The position numbers and the translations under genes were made by a program. Below, piece by piece: positions 55,885 through 64,000 of a stretch of DNA of 64,000 nt (within the stretch, counting starts at the first letter, position 1; the number at the start of each line of letters is the position of its first letter). The notes beneath the pieces were generated by a model. The model was not told the origin of the DNA and did no database searches. It was given only the letters and a program-made list of their open reading frames with translations. The stretch spans positions 3,658,001-3,722,000 of the forward strand of contig OX597826.1 of assembly GCA_951406725.2 (NCBI GenBank), in the 5' to 3' direction. This stretch comes from Octopus vulgaris (lineage: Eukaryota).

Positions 55885-56752
55885 CATGTCTTGCATGGCT
55901 AGTCACAAGTAATGAAATCTAGTTTCTTTAAGCATTTTAAAATGTAAAGCAAAATAATTTTAACTATTTAAAATGCCAAAACATCATTCCCTCGCATCTA
56001 TGTTTTCTCCATGTTGACACATGTTCAATGTAAGGTAGTCTACAGTATATATGATTTAGTACAACTTTGTCAATGCTTCCAGACAGACAAACAATGATGT
56101 GTGAAAAGCGGTGTCGAAAATAGAATGAAAACGTAAAAAGAACAACAATAAAACAAGCACAAATCAACTGAAAGTTGGTTTGATCGACAATGATCTGTCT
56201 GAAGTAATTGACTGGCGAACTGATATTCTCTGTCAGACTCTATTATTACCCAAGCGTTTTTAAAGAAATATTTTTGAATATATTGTTAAATAAATATTTG
56301 TTTTATATTAGATCACGGTACAAATACATTTCGGGCTTCACTGAACATAAAAGCACGCAGTTCTATAAACGTGAATCCATAACATTTTTACAACTTGGTG
56401 ATGATATAATCGGTGAAACTAAGAAGGCATTGGTAAAATTATTGACTTCTAAATAATCCTAGCTACCATTAGATTTGACAGACGTATTCTACGGCAATGA
56501 AAATCGTAGCCAACTGATAAAGGGAAAGAAAGAAAGGAGGGAAAAAAAGGAGGAGGAAGCGGTAGGGTCTACTAAGGACTGTTGTTCTTTTTTGTAAATA
56601 GCTTGGTGTGTATCACACACATATTATCTTTTAGAAGAATTTTTTATCGAATCAGTCACTGTAGTGAAAGTTTTCTATGATAGAATGTACACGAACCTGC
56701 ATAATACAACCTTACACAGTTTTATTTTAACGAGCGATGCTTAGTGTACCTT

Positions 56753-56856
<104 letters not shown>

Positions 56857-57914
56857 TTATTTATTTACTTGTTTAATATTTATAGCTAACCTTCAAAAGC
56901 TTGTAATTAATACAGTGAGTGAAAGCAAAGAATAAAACAAAATATTTTCTCCTTATCCTGGAAATTTTCATACATTGGCGGTGAAAAATCACAGAATCAA
57001 AATTCCAAACACCGAAGAATGTCAGACAGAATGGAGATTTGGGAAATTTTATAACGATAATGAAAATTAATTCACGGAATCTAAAGTGGAAATTGATTGT
57101 AAAAATAAAAGCGAATTTGTTTTTAGCAGTCTATTTTGACGTCACTGATAGGAATCAAACCTCATAAATTTTCATATGTAAATTTTCATCCGAACTTTAT
57201 ATTTTATGTTTGTCCGACTGTGCAGTGTCTATAGTCATAATTGTTCACCTACAAACCTATGGCCTACTTTTTTATATTTTAAAATCCTATTTCTGTGAGT
57301 GCGTGTCTGGTTTTTTTTTTATATATGACTGTGTAAGAGTTTGTTTGCTTTTTTCTTTTCTTTTCATTGTGTTTGTATGTCGCATCAAATGTTTAAAAAT
57401 CAGCGTTTTATAATTATTCAAATATTTTAAAATGTGGCTATAACACCTACACATAATTTATACAAAAATTCATTAATCACCAGAAAAACAGACATCGGAA
57501 ATTACGAAACTGATTGCATAAAAAATCATTTACATGGATGACTATATTTTAATACCAAAATAGCAAACTCTCACAAAAGCCTACTCTTTCAACGGTTTTT
57601 GCCCAGACGGTTTGTCTGATGATATTTTCCTTGTGATTGAATCTTAAAAATTTTTTTCCAGTACTTCTTGAATATTGACAGCAGAGGTTAACGATACCGT
57701 ATTCCAATTCTGGTTCTATAAAAGAACGATTACAGAAGGATGAGTGACTGAGAATGTGCATTACAAAGTTTATACGTTAACTGTGTAAGATATGTTAAAT
57801 AACAATACACATGCATGTTTTATCTTTTACCTTTGGCTGTTTTACATATTTCAGACATTAAAATGCGTCTTGAAGAACTTTTTATAGGCGAATGAATATA
57901 TAATTTTTTTTATG

Positions 57915-58293
<379 letters not shown>

Positions 58294-59833
58294 TATGTGT
58301 ATAAATGATTTGTGTACCGTAGTATGTTTACGTATATTCATTTAAGTATATGGACAACTGAATTCCTGGCTAAAGTATCAACATTTGAAAGAAAATAGTC
58401 TATACTTTCTAATATACTTTGGTTAATAATATAGACTAAAAATTTTAATATTTTGTACATGTTGATTTCTCTGACGTGGTGACCATCTGATGTTTATAGC
58501 TTATACAATAATCTGCGTTTTGCCACATGCTCAACGATGTATGTTCTTATATATCAAATTGTTGCAATGAAAACAGATTGAAAACTTAAAATGTGTTTTC
58601 GATGTTTTATTTGATAAATATTTATTCCCTGAATCCTCCATTCCATCTTTGAATTTGGATTTCTGAAACTAGTTTTACATAATGAACGATCATTTTATTT
58701 TTACCAGTTTTATATCACAAATGACCACATTTATGCTTTTCAATCACACACAACTTCTGGGACAATTTCATTTTTAGACTCCTTTAATATTCTTCAGAGA
58801 TATTGGAATTCGTGTTCAATTTTCATTCTTTACCTGACCTTTGTTTTCCGCATCATGCCTCTAGGCTTGTTAAATCCCATTGACATTATCCCGCCAATTT
58901 CAAATAATTTAATATTTTTTTGGTTTCATTTTTGTAACCGAACTCTATTGTTATAATATTTACACTGTCTTTTGGGCAAAACGTACTTAAATTAGAAGAG
59001 GGTCCCTTTCTCTTAGGTTTCATGTTCGTAACATTCAAATTGTGCTTCTATAAACGCTTCGGTAGAACATAACAGGATTTTAGTGTCTTTCATTATCTCC
59101 ATGTTCTGCTTCTTTTTTCTCCAGAAATTAGGCAATTTTTATTGTTTATTGCGTTTTTGTTAGAATTTGTCAACGTTCCTTGAGAGGGGTATCTTTCACA
59201 TTCTATGTCATGTCTCTCTTGAAGTGCTATAGCAAAACTAATAACATGTATGTATGCATATTCTGTATGCATGTATGTATATGTAAGATAAGCATGTAAA
59301 AGCCATGTTGCACTAGTCAGATGAAACAGAGACCATGTCAAGATGAAAGCCTGGGAAGATGAGAGGAAAGCAATAACTGCACCATCAAAGTACAAATCAA
59401 TGTATTTTGTAATGGAAAATAAGTCCATTAAAACCAGAACTGCACTTTGGGGATTGTAAGCTGCCTATTAAAGCGTCGTGTTTCATATTTTGCGTGTAAA
59501 CGTTCTTACAGGAAGAATGTATATCCTCCCTAAATAACAGAAATTCACAGAGGAACAAAATGTTATAGAAATCGTGAACAATTTAGATTTATAAAGCGCC
59601 GCTCCAAGGTCGTGAACGGATGAAGCTGGCTATCAGAGGGGATTCGTTGCTGCAAGAACAACAACTTTAGTACTTTTACAGTTGTGCACGCCCTTTCGAT
59701 GCCAGGTGCTATAACACATTTTTATTGGTTGGGTATTTTGAACAGATTAAACACGCGCACGCAGGCCTCCCCCCACACATATATATATACACATACATGT
59801 GTGTATATATGTGTATGTATATGTATATGTATG

Positions 59834-59864
<31 letters not shown>

Positions 59865-59890
59865 GTATGTATGTATATATATGTATATAC

Positions 59891-59925
<35 letters not shown>

Positions 59926-60154
59926 CAGTATATATATATATATATACATATATACAGTATGTATATATACATATATACAGTATGTATATATATATATACG
60001 CTCCCGAAAGCTGAAATTGCATACACTGGAACTTCCATATAAATATGTGTGTTTGTTATTGGCGTGCTTACAGAATTATAAACGTTTCTATTCTTACGAT
60101 CGTTTCCAAAGTAAAGTAATACGAAATTTTGCGGGGGATAAATAGATATATTAG

Positions 60155-60200
60155 AAAAACATAGGAGGAAAGAAAAGAGGAAAAGACAAAAGAGAAGAGA

Positions 60201-60232
<32 letters not shown>

Positions 60233-60725
60233 AAGTTATTAAAATTCGAAGATTGAAAAGATAAGGTGTTTAAAGGAAGAAGAATGAAAAATAGGTGTGG
60301 TGGATGAGGATGCGGAGAAAACAAGAAAGTAAAAGGAGGAGTCGGGAAGGAAGAAGAAGAAGAAGAAGAAGAAAAAGAAGAGGTAGAAGAGGAGAAATAG
60401 AAGACGAAAGGGAGGAGGAGGAGAAGAAAGAGAAGACGAAGGGGGAGGATGAAGGGGGGGGGGAGGATGGAGGGAGGAGGAGGAGGAGGAGAAAAAGTAG
60501 AAGACGAAGAAGAAGTAAAAAGAGGAGAAAAAGTAGAAGACGAAGGAGTGGGGAGGAGCCGAAGAAATAGACGACGAAGGAGGGTCATGATGATGATGAT
60601 GATGATGAAGAAAAAGAAGAAGAAGAAAAAGAAGAAGAAGAAGAAGAAGAAGAAGAAGAAGAAGAAGAAGAAGAAGAAGAAGCGGTGGTGCTTGTGTAAA
60701 GGAAGTAGAAGAGAAGGAGAGGACA
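60155..60725 (+). repeat. Long polypurine low-complexity tract: (GA)n, (GAA)n, (GAG)n
   Basis: Read directly from the sequence. Confidence 0.9.
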
Positions 60726-61982
60726 TATCTCAAAAGCAGCAACAACAGCATCTTCAACAAAAGCAACAAGAACAGACCCGGTCTGAATGGAGGTTAATCT
60801 AGCAGTGACCCCAGCTGTAGCTCAAAGCAAACTAGAGCATGCGAAAACCCTCTCTCTTTCCCCCTCAACCTTTCTCTCTCTCTGTCCCTCTCCCTCTTTC
60901 CCCCTCTCATTCCCTCTCTTTGTCCCTCTCTCTCTCTCACACACACAAACACGACCGCGTACACACAGAAAAACGCACACACCTGTATGGATTGATACAA
61001 ATGACTTTAGTTTGTTTTAAAGTACGAGCTTTTGTTTTTAGTAAAATTCAAAAAACAATATTTGGATAATTATCCATACACCACGCTTTCAATCACCTGT
61101 GTGCTTATGTCCAATTTTGTTCCACTGTCTTTCATCATCTTGAAGGCAGCCACATAGTCTTTTCCTCTCAAAATTCAACGTTTTTCTGTATCATGAACTA
61201 GTGTTAGAAGATTGTTACTTCATTCTAACGAGCTAGATTTCTTCACGAGCTGGATTTCTTAAGAGAATTTTATTGGAAGCAAATGGCAATCTGAACGTGC
61301 AAGGTTAAGTTTTTATGGTAGGGGAGTTAGGACATCCTAACTAAGCTGTGCAACTTTCTGCCGATTCTCCAAGGAAACATAAGGTCCAGTGTTGTTCTGA
61401 ACGAATACCATACGTTTCGAACTGGACATCTCTGGATGCTTTTCATCATTTAATACACTTTTATCGGTCTTACTGTGAACAATAACTTTTTCTAATAGAC
61501 AATGCAATTCCAACACCATTAAATACAGAGCATCATATTCTTCAGATACTCACCGGTTTTTGTGGGGATTAAAGGGGATTCACTTTTTTCCGCAGAACGT
61601 TTTTTTTATTTTGCTACATATAATTTTAGATAATCCATAGCCCATCGTTACCTGTGATCGTTCTTTTCAACATTGGATTGTGTTTGATGAGGTTGAATAG
61701 AGAGAAGCAGGTAGAAATGTGATCTATTGAAATTTTTTCAGTTAACTTTTAAGGCACAAAACATCATAGCAATTCACGTATTGACGTGTTTTTAATTGAT
61801 TTATATCACTAATATGAGACATGTGGAGCATGTCTGGGAAGCCTCGAATCGTGTGACATGGATTATTATAGAATAGCGCTTTGATACTGTCATCAACAAT
61901 GAGTGCAGGCCTGAAGAAACGTTCACGGTCAACATATTCATTCCAAATTATACGGAAACCACTTACAGACAGTACTCTTACC

Positions 61983-62047
61983 TCTGTCACCACTGCTGTG
62001 ATGTGCACATATCCGTCTTGCTGCTTATACAACAATTCTCCCCATTC
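61983..62047 (-). other. Possible internal coding exon, 65 nt
   Basis: Acceptor ctctcttattttccag and donor GAG/gtaaga. Only one frame is open: xWGELLYKQQDGYVHITAVVTE. Protein not identified. Confidence 0.35.
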
Positions 62048-62274
62048 TGGAAAATAAGAGAGCATCAATCGGGAAACTGGATCGTAATTTTTTCCAATTT
62101 TCCTCTTCAGAGTGAAAACAGTATCCTTACGATTACACACGCACACACACACCGACACAGACACAGACACACACAAGAAATAGTCACATGGATATATGAA
62201 AAATACTGTTAATACAATTCAGTGTGTTGCGTTCCGTTACTTAGAAAATGAGAAAATGTCTGGTATATATATAC

Positions 62275-62355
<81 letters not shown>

Positions 62356-62483
62356 ATATAATATGAGACAATTGTCGATTGCCATAACAAAACTCCGAGT
62401 TTCGAATGGCGGGGCGGAAAGCTGCACTGGGATCACTTCCGTTATGGAGGCAATCAAAATATCAAAATATGCTATGAAATATG

Positions 62484-63488
<1,005 letters not shown>

Positions 63489-63502
63489 TATATATAAATA
63501 TA

Positions 63503-63675
63503 TATATATTTGTAAAAACTGAAGTTCGAAAATGCTGCTATATTATACAATTTTTAATTTTTATATATACATTATAACATGTTTCAGTTCCTGAAACATG
63601 TTATAATGTATATATAAAAATTAAAAATTGTATAATATAGCAGCATTTTCGAACTTCATTTTTTACAAATATATA
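63503..63675. repeat. Near-perfect palindrome: 85-bp arms, 3-nt loop
   Basis: Arms at 63503-63587 and 63591-63675 with one mismatch; loop TTC. Confidence 0.95.
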
Positions 63676-63701
63676 CCTACTCGTATACGAGCTAATCCTA
63701 T

Positions 63702-63818
<117 letters not shown>

Positions 63819-64000
63819 GTAGTCTGAGTCGAAAGACGCCTGTTGTTATGTCCTGTTATTATTAATATTATGTTGTTTTTTTGTATTTATATTCGTGTAA
63901 TATCGTCCGTTTTTCTGTCCTTATTTCGTATACATTCGATACTTTTTCCAAGAAATCTAATGCTCGTAGCTTAGTTTTTCCTTGGGGCTGGCCAGAATGG

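Noticed and set aside
60151-60802. Poly-R, poly-K and poly-F ORFs
   Set aside because: They arise from a polypurine simple-repeat tract.
61983-62047. Thioester-protein (A2M/CD109) assignment from VHITAVVTE
   Set aside because: The match is too short and no other supporting exon was found.

Overview
AT-rich, repeat-dominated, non-coding eukaryotic DNA. The microsatellite load and the tRNA-derived SINE families match what I recall of Octopus (coleoid cephalopod) genomes; this assignment is an inference, not a search result. I cannot identify an intact host gene, only a few weak isolated exon candidates. Almost all ORFs in the supplied track are translations of (TA)n, (CA)n, (TATG)n or (TAA)n repeats. 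Recognisable content: at least six SINE-like families; 3' fragments of RTE and R4/Dong LINEs; a Penelope-like element (PLE) 3' end with a GIY-YIG C-terminus; non-autonomous Helitrons; Tc1/mariner, DD41D and pogo-type MITEs; a 67-bp minisatellite; and several long palindromes. The most notable signal is a set of hammerhead ribozyme (HHR) motifs, read by eye, in several unrelated short elements that mostly sit between (TA)n tracts. Three are near-intact (10980-11030 minus, 47842-47927 plus, 48119-48177 plus) and about five are degenerate. One HHR-bearing unit also has a tRNA-like Pol III head, which suggests a PLE-dependent SINE or retrozyme-like element. Ribozyme activity and novelty are untested.
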